64,000 nt of DNA, from positions 1,763 to 65,762 of the forward strand of contig JBGTII010000102.1 in assembly GCA_041745735.1 (NCBI GenBank), written 5' to 3'. This stretch comes from Pyrinomonadaceae bacterium. Its GTDB lineage: Bacteria; Acidobacteriota; Blastocatellia; Pyrinomonadales; Pyrinomonadaceae. The translations under genes were made by a program, and so were the position numbers. This document shows positions 35,095-45,557 of this stretch, in pieces. Below the pieces are notes generated by a model. The model was given only the letters and a program-made list of their open reading frames with translations. It ran no database searches and was not told where the DNA came from. Every line of letters starts with the position of its first letter. The first letter of the stretch is position 1.

Positions 35095-35820
35095 CTAGCC
35101 AGGAAAGATCGATCTTATTCGTCTGGGAAACTGGAACGGCCGCCCGTAGCGGCGGAGTATCTCGCTTCTATTCAAAGCATAAATATCTGGCTGGGTTTCG
35201 GGGCCATAGATAGTGGTAAAAGCCCCTATGTAACCGACTGTTTTGAGCGCCGATTGTGCAAACGGTGTGTAAAAGCCAGCCGGGTAAGCGAAAACCCTAC
35301 AATCTTTCTGCAAAAGGTTCTCAATATATTTCTTTGATTCAACTACTTCCTCTGCGATCTCAGCTTCTTCGATGCGGTCAAATAACTTATGGCTCAGGCT
35401 GTGCGAGCCAAATTCGATACCGGCAGCCGACATTTCGCGGATGTTTGCTTCGGACAGATGTTCCCGCGGGCCTTCACCGTCGGCAGTCGCTACGTCTGTG
35501 ATCGTGCCGATCAATGACGGGATCAAGAAGATAGTTGCCTTAATACCCAGGGCTTTGATCACCGGAAAGGCATTTGTGTAGTTGTCTTTCCAGCCATCGT
35601 CAAACGTCAGGCAGATGCCACGTTCGGGAAAATGGCCATTCTCGGCAAAATAGGTGACAAATTCGGACGCGGTGTAAAACGAAAAACCATTTCGTTTCAA
35701 ATAAGACATCTGGCGGGCAAAACGACGCGGGGCCATATACGCGCCGCGGATCTTAACATCCCGCGTCGGGTCATCGATCTTGTGATACTGAATCGTCGGG
35801 CACTTTACGATCTTGTCCAT
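35095..35820 (-). CDS. polysaccharide deacetylase (NodB homology) family protein
   Basis: LTFDDGWKDNYTNAFPVIKALGIKATIFL and FGSHSLSH motifs. Confidence 0.8.
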   Translation of the reverse strand: MDKIVKCPTIQYHKIDDPTRDVKIRGAYMAPRRFARQMSYLKRNGFSFYTASEFVTYFAENGHFPERGICLTFDDGWKDNYTNAFPVIKALGIKATIFLIPSLIGTITDVATADGEGPREHLSEANIREMSAAGIEFGSHSLSHKLFDRIEEAEIAEEVVESKKYIENLLQKDCRVFAYPAGFYTPFAQSALKTVGYIGAFTTIYGPETQPDIYALNRSEILRRYGRPFQFPRRIRSIFPG

Positions 35821-35828
35821 CTAATTCC

Positions 35829-36896
35829 TCACAGATTTGGGTCCTCAAAAATGCTGATGTCCGAGTCGCCGCGGGTCAAGAACCATTTGCTGCCATCATA
35901 CAACAGATCTTGGTTTTCGGGAGCCTTTACCATTAGCTGAAGGCCGCTTTTGACCGGCCAAAACCCGAAATATTTCAGACGCTCCTGCAAAAGGGGATCG
36001 AGAGCGTCAGTGACGAGTCCACCCGCACGGCGTTCGACAGCGAGTTTTAGCGACGCTCGTAAAAGCGCGTCAACGACCTTCGTCGAATCATGAGGGCCAT
36101 AGCAGATATCACTGATCGCGGCCTTTTCGACCGCACCGTATTTGTTGGGTTTTCGAAAAAATAAGACGGCATAGCCGAGCAATTTATTGTTTTCGAAATA
36201 CCCGAGGATCTCGTACTGCTTATTGGGTTGTTGTTTGAACTGCCATTTGAGCATCGCTGCCGAACGGGATACGGAACACGGAAACCGCTTTTTTGCCATG
36301 CTCCAAAGTTCGTCAAACGACTCATGGAATTCGGCAACTGTCCTGACACATAGGTCGTTCGTCAGACCGATGCGGAAGGGAGCAAACAGTAGATTCGCGA
36401 CCGGCCGGAGCGGCCCGAGTTTTGTAATGTCGCGAATTGCTTCGCCCGGAAACAACAGTTTGTGAAAACGCGGGATCTTGGTCACGATGACAAATCCCAG
36501 TTTCTGTAGCAACGCCGGTGCGTGTTGCTCATTTGTATTGACGCCGAGAATGTACGGGCAATACTTTTCCGCCGCCTGAACCAATTTCTGTGCGATCCCC
36601 ATACGACGAAAATCGGGATCGACGATCAGATCGAGGATCCAGATCGCCGGTCGTGTGTGTCCGTTTACATTTAGTTCGACGGGAATTGCCGCCAACTGGC
36701 CGGCAATGCGTTCACCGCTCTTGGCAAGCCAAACCGGCAGGTTATTATTCTGAGCAAGCGGGGGCAATTGAAAATGCCAGTCCCAAAAATCGGGGTCGCT
36801 TTGCCGTGGGTTATCGAGATATGCCGTCCCCAGAAAAGAGAGAACGCTCTCCCGATCGGACAACTGCATCTGCTCGATTGTCACTTTATCTTGCAT
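35829..36896 (-). CDS. GNAT family acetyltransferase (two-lobed, 355 aa)
   Basis: LDLIVDPDFRRMGIAQKLVQAAE is an acetyl-CoA-binding motif A-like segment. The start overlaps the nadA stop (TAATG). Confidence 0.7.
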   Translation of the reverse strand: MQDKVTIEQMQLSDRESVLSFLGTAYLDNPRQSDPDFWDWHFQLPPLAQNNNLPVWLAKSGERIAGQLAAIPVELNVNGHTRPAIWILDLIVDPDFRRMGIAQKLVQAAEKYCPYILGVNTNEQHAPALLQKLGFVIVTKIPRFHKLLFPGEAIRDITKLGPLRPVANLLFAPFRIGLTNDLCVRTVAEFHESFDELWSMAKKRFPCSVSRSAAMLKWQFKQQPNKQYEILGYFENNKLLGYAVLFFRKPNKYGAVEKAAISDICYGPHDSTKVVDALLRASLKLAVERRAGGLVTDALDPLLQERLKYFGFWPVKSGLQLMVKAPENQDLLYDGSKWFLTRGDSDISIFEDPNL

Positions 36897-38020
36897 TAAT
36901 TGCGGTTATCCGGGCCTTTTTCGGTAAGATCGATCATTCGCTTGAGTGCAATGTTTGCAAAGTGTTTTGTGTCATCATCGACGGTGATCTCGTTGACGAC
37001 GTTGCCGTCGAGGAGATTTTCCATCGCCCAGGCGAGGTTTTGCGGAGCTATCCGGTACATCGTCGCGCACATGCAGAGGTCGGGGGCGAGCAGACGGATT
37101 TCTTTATTGGGGAAACGCTGCTGCAGACGATTGACCAGATTTACCTCGGTGCCGATTGCCCACTTTGACCCGGCGGGTGAATTTTCGACAGTTTTGATAA
37201 TGAACGAGGTCGAACCGTCGAGGTCACTAAGTTCGACGACTTCACGCGGACATTCCGGGTGGACAATGACCTGCATTCCCGGATGATCTTTTCGTATCTG
37301 ATCCACATGCCAAGGCTTAAAGCGTCCGTGCACCGAGCAATGTCCCCGCCACAAAATCAGTTTTGCGGCGTGCAGCTGCTCCTCGGTATTTCCGCCAAGT
37401 TCTTCGTGCGGGTTCCACAACACCATCTTGTCGAGCGGTATGCCAAATTTCGCACCGGTGTTTCGCCCAAGATGCTGGTCGGGAAAAAAGAACATCTTGT
37501 CGTAATTTTTTAGATATGTGTCGAACAGGGGTATTGCGTTTGACGAGGTGCAGACGACCCCCTCGTTGCGGCCGCAAAATGCTTTGATCGCGGCGGTAGA
37601 ATTCATGTAGGTGATCGGGGCGACCTTATTGTTCAAAACGCCGATCTCACGCAGCTGTTCCCACGCGTCTTCGACCTGATCGATATGTGCCATGTCGGCC
37701 ATCGAACATCCCGCACCAAGGTCCGGCAGGATGACGTGCTGATGGTCTTTGCCGAGGACATCGGCGGATTCCGCCATAAAATGTACGCCGCAAAAGACGA
37801 TAAACTCTGCGTCAGTCTGCGAAGCCATCACCGAAAGTTGATAACTGTCACCTGTCAGATCGGCGTGTTTGATGACATCGTCCCGTTGATAATGATGCCC
37901 AAGAATAATAACGCGCGGGCCCAGCTCGCGACGAGCCGACTCGATCCGCTCGGCGATCTCGGCGTCGGGCATGACGAGATAATCTTCGATAACGCGGATT
38001 TGTTCGAGAATGGCTGACAT
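36896..38020 (-). CDS. nadA: quinolinate synthase NadA
   Basis: ILGHHYQRDDV, FCGVHFMAESADVL, HPECP and CMCATMYRI motifs. The ATG at 38020 (MSAILEQ) is the likely start; the ORF extends to 38056. Confidence 0.9.
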   Translation of the reverse strand: MSAILEQIRVIEDYLVMPDAEIAERIESARRELGPRVIILGHHYQRDDVIKHADLTGDSYQLSVMASQTDAEFIVFCGVHFMAESADVLGKDHQHVILPDLGAGCSMADMAHIDQVEDAWEQLREIGVLNNKVAPITYMNSTAAIKAFCGRNEGVVCTSSNAIPLFDTYLKNYDKMFFFPDQHLGRNTGAKFGIPLDKMVLWNPHEELGGNTEEQLHAAKLILWRGHCSVHGRFKPWHVDQIRKDHPGMQVIVHPECPREVVELSDLDGSTSFIIKTVENSPAGSKWAIGTEVNLVNRLQQRFPNKEIRLLAPDLCMCATMYRIAPQNLAWAMENLLDGNVVNEITVDDDTKHFANIALKRMIDLTEKGPDNRN

Positions 38021-38075
38021 TAAGAAAATGATGTCACTTTGCCCACTGTATGGCAAGGTTTAGCGGGCGGCCAGT

Positions 38076-38789
38076 TCAAGTCCGGTCAGGAGTGCTATGT
38101 TTGATAATCGAGGCTTCTACAAGGTAGACAGTGAGTTCACAAATATCTTTAACGTAGTCGCCGATGCGTTCGAGGTGTTTCGCGACGAATAAAAGTTGAG
38201 CGGCGCTCGTTGTGGTTGCAGGGTCGTTGATGATCATGCCGATCAGCTCGCTAAATACCTTTTTGTAGCTGGTATCGATCACCTTATCCTGCTTTATGAT
38301 CTGCCGGGCTAGCTCTGCGTCCTCAGCTATAAAAGCGTCCAACCCCTTACGGAGCATTTCGACGGCGTTGTCCGACATAATGGTCATTTCCGGAAACTGC
38401 CTCAGCTCCGGCTCGGTGTTGATCACAAGAACGGCCTCGGCGATGTTGCCTGCGTGATCTGCTAATCGCTCGAGCACCGGAGTGATCTTCGCCATGGAAA
38501 TAACCAACCTCAGGTCATGCGCCGCAGGCTGATAGAGAGCAATGATCTCGACGCTCATCCGGTCAATTTCGAGCTCGATCTGGTTGATTATCTTATCGTC
38601 ATCGAGGACGGTCTGAGCAAGGTTGCTATCACGGTTTACTAATGCCTGCATGGCACGTAATACGGCCGACTCGGCCTTGCCGCCAAGCAATAGAACCTTG
38701 TCGCGGAGAGAATCAAGTTGCTGATCAATAATTCGGTTTTCCATTCTATTCTCAATATTAGCACGGCTATCATCCGCCGATCTCACCAT
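38076..38789 (-). CDS. phoU: phosphate signalling complex protein PhoU
   Basis: Two PhoU repeats (..ERLADHAGNIAE.. and ..ERIGDYVKDICE..), downstream of pstB. An alternative start at 38744 gives MENRI. Confidence 0.9.
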   Translation of the reverse strand: MVRSADDSRANIENRMENRIIDQQLDSLRDKVLLLGGKAESAVLRAMQALVNRDSNLAQTVLDDDKIINQIELEIDRMSVEIIALYQPAAHDLRLVISMAKITPVLERLADHAGNIAEAVLVINTEPELRQFPEMTIMSDNAVEMLRKGLDAFIAEDAELARQIIKQDKVIDTSYKKVFSELIGMIINDPATTTSAAQLLFVAKHLERIGDYVKDICELTVYLVEASIIKHSTPDRT

Positions 38790-38792
38790 AAA

Positions 38793-39548
38793 TTAGCCAA
38801 ATCTACCCGTAATGTAGTCTTCCGTTAGCTTTTCATTTGGATTTGTAAACATTTTCTCGGTCGGATTGTACTCAACCAGCTTTCCGAGCATGAAGAAAGC
38901 TGTTTTATCCGATACACGAGCCGCCTGCTGCATATTGTGCGTAACGATGACGATCGTGTATTGTTTTTTCAGTTCGACGACGAGTTCCTCGATCTTCTGC
39001 GTCGCCATCGGATCAAGCGCCGATGCCGGTTCATCCATAAGAATGACCGCAGGCTGAACCGCAAGCGCCCGCGCAATGCACAACCTCTGCTGTTGCCCGC
39101 CTGATAGCCCAAACGCCGAAGTGTTTAGACGATCCTTGACCTCATTCCAAAGCGCGGCATCGGTTAAAGCCTTTTCCACGCGCGCATTAAGATCCGCTTT
39201 GTCCTTGTGAATTCGATTTATCTGAATTCCGTAAGCGACGTTATCAAAAATTGATTTTGGGAATGGATTCGATTTCTGAAAGACCATGCCGACCTTTCGC
39301 CGCAGGGCAACGACGTCGGTGTTCGGCTCGTTGATGTCCTTGCCATCGATCAGAACTCTGCCCTCCACGCGCGTCAAAGGAATTGTGTCGTTCATCCGGT
39401 TCAACGTTCTCAGGAATGTCGATTTGCCGCAACCGGACGGCCCGATAAAGGCGATCACCTGATTTGCCGGGATCTCAAGCTGAATTCCGTACAGAGCTTG
39501 GGCCTTGCCGTAGTAGAAGTCCAAATTGGACACACTGATTTTGCTCAT
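38793..39548 (-). CDS. pstB: phosphate ABC transporter ATP-binding protein PstB
   Basis: GPSGCGKST Walker [15 protein letters not shown] signature, and FYYG near the N-terminus. Confidence 0.95.
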   Translation of the reverse strand: MSKISVSNLDFYYGKAQALYGIQLEIPANQVIAFIGPSGCGKSTFLRTLNRMNDTIPLTRVEGRVLIDGKDINEPNTDVVALRRKVGMVFQKSNPFPKSIFDNVAYGIQINRIHKDKADLNARVEKALTDAALWNEVKDRLNTSAFGLSGGQQQRLCIARALAVQPAVILMDEPASALDPMATQKIEELVVELKKQYTIVIVTHNMQQAARVSDKTAFFMLGKLVEYNPTEKMFTNPNEKLTEDYITGRFG

Positions 39549-39585
39549 CTTTGTTTATCTCTTGGCCGCAAAACTAATGCGACCG

Positions 39586-40410
39586 TTAGTATCCCTTACG
39601 GGTTGTGTAGCGAACAATAATATTGATCACGAGGATCAACGTTATCAAAACCAAGGTTGCGGCCCAGGCTTTGGCGTGCCACTCTTCGAACGGCGAGATC
39701 GCATAATTGTAGATCTGCACAGGCATTGAAGCCATCGGTTCGTCGAGGTAAATATTGTAGAATCTGCTGCCAAATGACGTGAACAGCAGCGGTGCTGTCT
39801 CACCCAGCACACGGGCAACCGCCAGCATCGCTCCGGTCGCGATACCGGTCTTGGCCGCCGGTAGGACAATGTCCCATGTTACCCGCCATTCCGGAGCACC
39901 CAAGGCAAGAGCACCCTCGCGCATGGATTTTGGAACCAGCTTTACGATCTCTTCGGTCGTTCGCGTGACGATCGGGATCATTATCAACGCGAGGGCGAGC
40001 GAACCGGCAAGGGTTGAAAAATACCCTTGCTGTAAAACGACCAGCGCATATACAAACACGCCAAAAACGATCGACGGAATACCGATCATCGAATCCGCAA
40101 CGAATCTTACGATTGTCCCAAACCAACCGTTGCCCAACTCCGCGAGATATGTGCCGATCGCAATGCCAAGCGGAATACCAACTAGAGAGGCGAGTCCAAG
40201 CAGTGTGAGCGATCCTACGATAGCGTTACCAATGCCGCCGCCTTCGCCAACCGGTTTCGGTGTTTCAACCAAAAATTGCCAACTTAGCGAGGAAATGCCC
40301 TGATAAGAAATATAGCCGAGAATGAGAACAAGAATGCCGACCACTCCGAACGCACAGAGTGCGGTAAGTGTCGTCATTATGGAGTTCATCAGGCGTCTTT
40401 TCTCGATCAT
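39586..40410 (-). CDS. pstA: phosphate ABC transporter permease PstA
   Basis: Six-TM permease with an EAA-like loop (REGALALGAPEW), in pst gene order. Confidence 0.9.
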   Translation of the reverse strand: MIEKRRLMNSIMTTLTALCAFGVVGILVLILGYISYQGISSLSWQFLVETPKPVGEGGGIGNAIVGSLTLLGLASLVGIPLGIAIGTYLAELGNGWFGTIVRFVADSMIGIPSIVFGVFVYALVVLQQGYFSTLAGSLALALIMIPIVTRTTEEIVKLVPKSMREGALALGAPEWRVTWDIVLPAAKTGIATGAMLAVARVLGETAPLLFTSFGSRFYNIYLDEPMASMPVQIYNYAISPFEEWHAKAWAATLVLITLILVINIIVRYTTRKGY

Positions 40411-40421
40411 AACTAAATCAA

Positions 40422-41387
40422 TCAGGCCACGTTCTGCGTCTTTCGGCTAACGCTCATTATTAGAAGTTTGGCTAGAAATGTAACGATAAATGTCACAACA
40501 AAAAGTATCAGTCCCATCTCGACCAAGGCACTTAAATACAGGTCACCGGTCGCCTCGGTAAATTCATTTGCGATCACCGATGCGATCGTGTAAGCCGGGT
40601 CAAACAGCGACGCACTGATCTGCGGCCGGTTTCCTATGATCATCGTAACGGCCATCGTTTCGCCGATCGCACGCCCGAGACCGAGGATAACGGCTCCGGC
40701 AATTCCCGAGGATGCGTTTGCCAGAACGATCTTTGTCGTCTCCCACTTGGTCGCACCGAGGGCAAGTGCCGCTTCACGCTGAGTCACCGGCACAGCCTCT
40801 AGAATGTCGCGAACGACCGCCGTGATGATCGGTGTGATCATGATCGCGAGTATCACACCGCCCGTAAACATACCGATGCCCGTTGGCGTCCCCTTAAAAA
40901 AAGGTAGCCAGCCAAAATACTCCTGTAACGGCGGCTGCACGTAAACACGTAAAAACGGAGCGAGCACAAAGATCGCCCACAGCCCGTAAACTACCGACGG
41001 GATCGCCGCAAGAAGCTCGACCAGAAAACCGATGGGACGAGCAACAGATTTTGGTGCCTGCTCGACAAGGAAAACCGCAACGCCTATCGACAGTGGAGTC
41101 GCGATCACAACCGCGATGACCGCCGAAAGCACAGTGCCGTAGATGAACGGCAACGCCCCAAACTCACCTTTTATCGGATCCCAGACCTGACCGTAGAGAA
41201 AGGAGAAACCGAACTCTCTGATCGAAAGCCAGGAGCCTTGCCCGATGACCACCAGCATCGTAACCACGATCACAAGTATCAATGCTGCGCACGCGGTCAA
41301 TAGGAGTCGATAGACCTTATCAGACGACGAGAATCTTCGCTTTACTTCGCCGGACGGCGTAATATTTTGGATCGGTTCGTTTGCCAT
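40422..41387 (-). CDS. pstC: phosphate ABC transporter permease PstC
   Basis: Permease with an EAA-like loop (REAALALGATKWET), in pst gene order. Confidence 0.9.
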   Translation of the reverse strand: MANEPIQNITPSGEVKRRFSSSDKVYRLLLTACAALILVIVVTMLVVIGQGSWLSIREFGFSFLYGQVWDPIKGEFGALPFIYGTVLSAVIAVVIATPLSIGVAVFLVEQAPKSVARPIGFLVELLAAIPSVVYGLWAIFVLAPFLRVYVQPPLQEYFGWLPFFKGTPTGIGMFTGGVILAIMITPIITAVVRDILEAVPVTQREAALALGATKWETTKIVLANASSGIAGAVILGLGRAIGETMAVTMIIGNRPQISASLFDPAYTIASVIANEFTEATGDLYLSALVEMGLILFVVTFIVTFLAKLLIMSVSRKTQNVA

Positions 41388-42463
41388 TAGTTAACAGCGG
41401 TACTCAGTGATTTGCCATTAAAGGAGACTTGGGCGATCTTGGCCGAAGCCCGTCGCACCATACCCGCTGGCAGAGGCGAATAATACAAGGGTTGTGCAAA
41501 TCGCTGTCCGTCATTTATGCCCCACGCGAGGAAATCGACCAGCGTTTTACCTACCGTTTCATCTAGTTGATCCTTGTAGATCAAGACATACACATAGCTT
41601 GAGATCGGATAGGCGTTTGCACCGGCGGCATCGGTGATCGACGCTCGAAGATCGTCGGGTGTCTCGTCGAGTGTTTCTGCGGCCGCGTTGGTTACGGTCT
41701 CAAAGTTTGGAACGACATAGTTTCCCGCTTTGTTCTTGAGCAGAGCGACTGGCATCTTATTCTTTACCGCATAAGCAAGCTCGACATAACCGATCGTATT
41801 CGGCGTTTGCTTGACCTGTCCGGTCACTCCCTCGTTACCCTTGCCTCCAAGGCCGACCGGAAAGCTCGGTGACGTTCCCTCGCCGACCCTTTCTTTCCAC
41901 TCCGGACTAACCTTTGAAAGGTAATTGGTGAAAATGGCCGATGTTCCACTTCCGTCCGAGCGGTGCACTACAGTCAATGGGGCTGACGGCAGAGTGGCCT
42001 CTGGATTGTCTGCCTTGATCCGTTCATCATCCCAAACGGTGATCTTACCGAGAAAAATATCCGCGATCGTTGAGGGTGAAAAGCGTAGCGGCTGGGAAAC
42101 ACTTTCCAGATTATAGGTCAAAACGACGGCCCCAAGAATTACCGGAACGTGGATGATCTCACCCGGTGCCGACTTGATATCAGCGTCGCTCATAACGAGA
42201 TCCGACGCTCCGAACTGGATGGTTCGTTCTTTGACTTGTTTGATCCCGCCTCCAGATCCGATAGATTGATAGTCGATCCTTACATTTGAGTTGAGGTTTC
42301 CGTATTCACTCACCCATTTCTGCATGAGCGGGTTGATCAACGACGACCCGGCTCCCTGTATCTTTATGCTGTCGCCTTTGCCACGCCTACCGCTAAAACA
42401 GGACAAAACCAGCATCGTCGAAACGATCAGGACGCAAACAAGAAAGATGCGAATTGCTGACAT
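41387..42463 (-). CDS. pstS: phosphate ABC transporter substrate-binding protein PstS (lipoprotein)
   Basis: GAGSSLINPLM..YQSIGSGGG pattern. Lipobox LVLSC when started at ATG 42463; the ORF track GTG start is at 42496. Confidence 0.9.
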   Translation of the reverse strand: MSAIRIFLVCVLIVSTMLVLSCFSGRRGKGDSIKIQGAGSSLINPLMQKWVSEYGNLNSNVRIDYQSIGSGGGIKQVKERTIQFGASDLVMSDADIKSAPGEIIHVPVILGAVVLTYNLESVSQPLRFSPSTIADIFLGKITVWDDERIKADNPEATLPSAPLTVVHRSDGSGTSAIFTNYLSKVSPEWKERVGEGTSPSFPVGLGGKGNEGVTGQVKQTPNTIGYVELAYAVKNKMPVALLKNKAGNYVVPNFETVTNAAAETLDETPDDLRASITDAAGANAYPISSYVYVLIYKDQLDETVGKTLVDFLAWGINDGQRFAQPLYYSPLPAGMVRRASAKIAQVSFNGKSLSTAVN

Positions 42464-42691
42464 AAGATCAACCAAGAGATCGAGCAAAAGTACCACTCGA
42501 ATTGCACGGATCAGTTTGCCTTTAATAGAACGATATTGAAGAGATTACGTCGACTTTGGTCTAAACGCAAAACAGGGCCGTCTCCAAAGTTTGGTTCATA
42601 TTATGCGAACGAGAATTATAGTCCAGAGCAAATATCCTATGGGTTACATAATACTTAACTTTTTTATTCGAGTTTGCCTGAGATCTAGTGA

Positions 42692-42724
42692 TGTAACACT
42701 TTGTTAACATTTTAATAACTTTTT
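42692..42724 (-). promoter_or_regulatory. three phased 11-bp direct repeats (Pho-box-like) in the pstS / M48 divergent promoter region
   Basis: On the plus strand: TGTAACACTTT / GTTAACATTTT / AATAACTTTTT. On the pstS strand this reads ..TTAACA-aagtg-TTACAT.., with hexamers at 11-bp spacing. Confidence 0.35.
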
Positions 42725-42852
42725 GCTATACGCCTTTTTGGGCGAACGCGCATCGATTACCCTCACATCCAAACACCGGCGAATTAGCGTATTGGCATTC
42801 GATGGTCTTTAACATTAGAATCGTCACAACGCCTGAAAGGTTCGGAGGAAAT

Positions 42853-44259
42853 ATGAACAAGCACAGTTTTGGAAAGCGGATAGTGTCAGCGGCAATAATC
42901 GCCGCGATGTGGACGTTGCCGATCGCAATGATCGCTCAGACGCGCGTGATCGCGCCAAAGAATAAATACAAGGTCCAGGACGATGTTAAGCTCGGCAGTG
43001 ACGCTTCGCAACAGATCGAGAAACAGTTTCCGGTGATAAATGACGCCGACGCGACGGCTTACATCGAACGTGTTGGCCGTCGGCTAGTCGCGGGGATACC
43101 GCAGCAGTTCAATCAACCTGCTTTCAACTACCGTTTCAAATGGGTTAACGCCAGCGACATCAATGCGTTTGCCTTGCCCGGCGGCCCGATGTACGTAAAT
43201 CGAGGCATGATCGAAAAAGCCAACAACGAAGGCGAGATGGCCGGCGTTATGGCTCACGAGATCAGCCACATTGCTCTGCGTCATGCGACCGCTCAGGCGA
43301 CCCAACAGGGCAGTGCAAAAAGTATGCTCGGGACCATTGGCCTTATCCTCGGCGGTGCGATCCTCGGAGGCGAGGCCGGAGCCCAACTAGGAATGCTCGG
43401 TGCTACAGCGTGGATGACCAAATACAGCCGCGCTTATGAATCACAGTCCGACACCCTCGGAGCACAGATCATGGCAAATGCGGGATATGATCCGCGTGAT
43501 CTCGCAAATGTTTTCCGCACGATCCAGCAGCAGGAAAGGGGCGGCGGAGGCCCCCAGTGGATTAGCAGCCATCCAGATCCGGGCAATCGCTACGAGGCTA
43601 TCAATCGCGAGGCGCAGTATCTAAATGTTTCGTCAAATCCCATTAAGATAACGCGCGATTTCGAACGCATCCAGGCACGTTTTCGTTCAATGCCGCCGGC
43701 AAAGACGATGGCACAGCTCGAAAAAGAGGCTGAGCGGGGCCAGGGTCAAAATAATCCCACCGCCGGCGGGCGTTATTCAAACAGCGTTCAATATCCGTCG
43801 AGCCGCGTTCGCACCTACACGGGTTCGAGCTGGCTGCGTGTGAACGTGCCGTCGAACTGGCGTGAATTTTCGAGTCAGGACGATGTTCAGTTTGCTCCTG
43901 AGGGGGCGTATGGCGATCAGGGCATTACGCGCGGAGCGATGTTTGGTGTAATGAGTTCACAAACCGGTGACATCGGCCGTGACTCTGAGGCGTTGGTCAA
44001 CGGACTCCTTCAGGGTAATTCGTACCTGCGTCAGCAAACCGGCTGGTCGCAAGTCTATGTCGCCGGACGACAGGGCTACTCGACACAGCTCGCCGGCCGC
44101 TCGCCGCTCACCAACCAGACCGAGATCGTCACGATCTACACGACTAACTTGCGAAACGGCGGTATCTTTTACGTCGCAACGGTCGCCCCGCAGAGCGAAT
44201 CGAACAGCTATTCGTATGCTTTCCGGAATATGCTCAACTCGATTCGGTTGAACGATTAA
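42853..44259 (+). CDS. M48 family metallopeptidase, secreted
   Basis: HEISHIALRH (HExxH). GGAGG lies 4 nt upstream of the ATG at 42853. Signal peptide present. Confidence 0.85.
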   Translation: MNKHSFGKRIVSAAIIAAMWTLPIAMIAQTRVIAPKNKYKVQDDVKLGSDASQQIEKQFPVINDADATAYIERVGRRLVAGIPQQFNQPAFNYRFKWVNASDINAFALPGGPMYVNRGMIEKANNEGEMAGVMAHEISHIALRHATAQATQQGSAKSMLGTIGLILGGAILGGEAGAQLGMLGATAWMTKYSRAYESQSDTLGAQIMANAGYDPRDLANVFRTIQQQERGGGGPQWISSHPDPGNRYEAINREAQYLNVSSNPIKITRDFERIQARFRSMPPAKTMAQLEKEAERGQGQNNPTAGGRYSNSVQYPSSRVRTYTGSSWLRVNVPSNWREFSSQDDVQFAPEGAYGDQGITRGAMFGVMSSQTGDIGRDSEALVNGLLQGNSYLRQQTGWSQVYVAGRQGYSTQLAGRSPLTNQTEIVTIYTTNLRNGGIFYVATVAPQSESNSYSYAFRNMLNSIRLND

Positions 44260-44309
44260 TTGACGTTAATGCTTAGTACAAAAGGCAGGGTGATATCATC
44301 CTGCCTTTT

Positions 44310-45548
44310 TTAGGCGTCCGTGACCTCTTTGTCGACTCTGATGGTCGTCATCAGAAGGATCGCGAGTACCGAGACACAGGCACTCGCCAGAAACGCAGTC
44401 GTCGCCCCGAATCTGTCCCAGAGAAGCCCAAAAAGCAGCGAGGCGGGAAACACCGTAATGCCATAAGCCAGGTTGTATAACCCATACGCGGTGCCGCGTT
44501 TGTTCTCCGGCACCATGTCTGCGACAAAGGCTTTTTCGACGCCCTCGGTCAGGCCAAAATACACCCCGTAGATGATAAACAGTGCCCACGCTTGCCACGC
44601 CGAATCGACGAAGGCAAACCCTGCGTAGACAAACCCGTACACCAGCCAACCGGCGATGATGACCTGTTTGCGGCCAAGCCGGTCCGACAGGTCGCCGCCG
44701 ATCAGCGAACTGACGACCTTGCTCACATGCAGCGTCATCCACAGCAGTGGCAGCAGGACCGGCGAGATACCGGCATCGGCCGCACGCAGCAGCAAAAATG
44801 CATCGGTCGAATTAGAGAGCGTGAAAAGTGCGATGACCCACAGAAAGCGTTTGAAATTACCGTCAAACCCCTTGAGCGAAAGCGTGGGGGGATCGACCGC
44901 CGCGTGGGGCTTTGGATCTTCGCGGACTAGGAACGCGATGACCAGCAAGCCGAGAACGACTGGAACCGACGCAAACAAAAATACCTGTTGGTATTCGCGG
45001 ATCGTTGGATTACTGGTATCAACCGCAAAATACGCGAGCAGCATGAAACCGACGACTGGGCCGAAAACCGCCCCAAGATGGTCCGCCGCACGGTTAAATC
45101 CAAATGCAAAACCACGCTGATTTTTGGGCACACTCTCGGAGATCAGCGCGTCACGCGGTGCCCCGCGAATGCCTTTGCCGACGCGGTCGGTCATCCGCAC
45201 GACCAGCACCTGCGGCCAGCTACTGGCAAACGCTAGAAACGGGCGTGTGATAGCGGCAAGCGAATAGCCAAGGAATACGGGCAGTTTGCGGGTGCCAAAA
45301 CGGTCGGAGAGATAGCCGGAAAAGAGTTTTAAAATGCTGGCGATCGATTCGGCAAAGCCTTCGATCAGGCCGATCGCAAATGGCGACGCTCCCAGGCTGA
45401 GAGCGAGAAACGCGGGCAGTAGCGGATAGACGATATCACTCGAAACATCGTTCAAAAACGCGACAAAGCTCAACGCGACGACATTTCGCGGGAGCTTACG
45501 GTAACGGCTCAATCGGCCTGTCTTGATTTCAGGTTCGATGGGCGTCAT
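44310..45548 (-). CDS. MFS transporter
   Basis: 12-TM layout with MFS loop motifs (GYLSDRFGTRK, GGDLSDRLGRK). Confidence 0.85.
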   Translation of the reverse strand: MTPIEPEIKTGRLSRYRKLPRNVVALSFVAFLNDVSSDIVYPLLPAFLALSLGASPFAIGLIEGFAESIASILKLFSGYLSDRFGTRKLPVFLGYSLAAITRPFLAFASSWPQVLVVRMTDRVGKGIRGAPRDALISESVPKNQRGFAFGFNRAADHLGAVFGPVVGFMLLAYFAVDTSNPTIREYQQVFLFASVPVVLGLLVIAFLVREDPKPHAAVDPPTLSLKGFDGNFKRFLWVIALFTLSNSTDAFLLLRAADAGISPVLLPLLWMTLHVSKVVSSLIGGDLSDRLGRKQVIIAGWLVYGFVYAGFAFVDSAWQAWALFIIYGVYFGLTEGVEKAFVADMVPENKRGTAYGLYNLAYGITVFPASLLFGLLWDRFGATTAFLASACVSVLAILLMTTIRVDKEVTDA

Positions 45549-45557
45549 AAAACGGCG

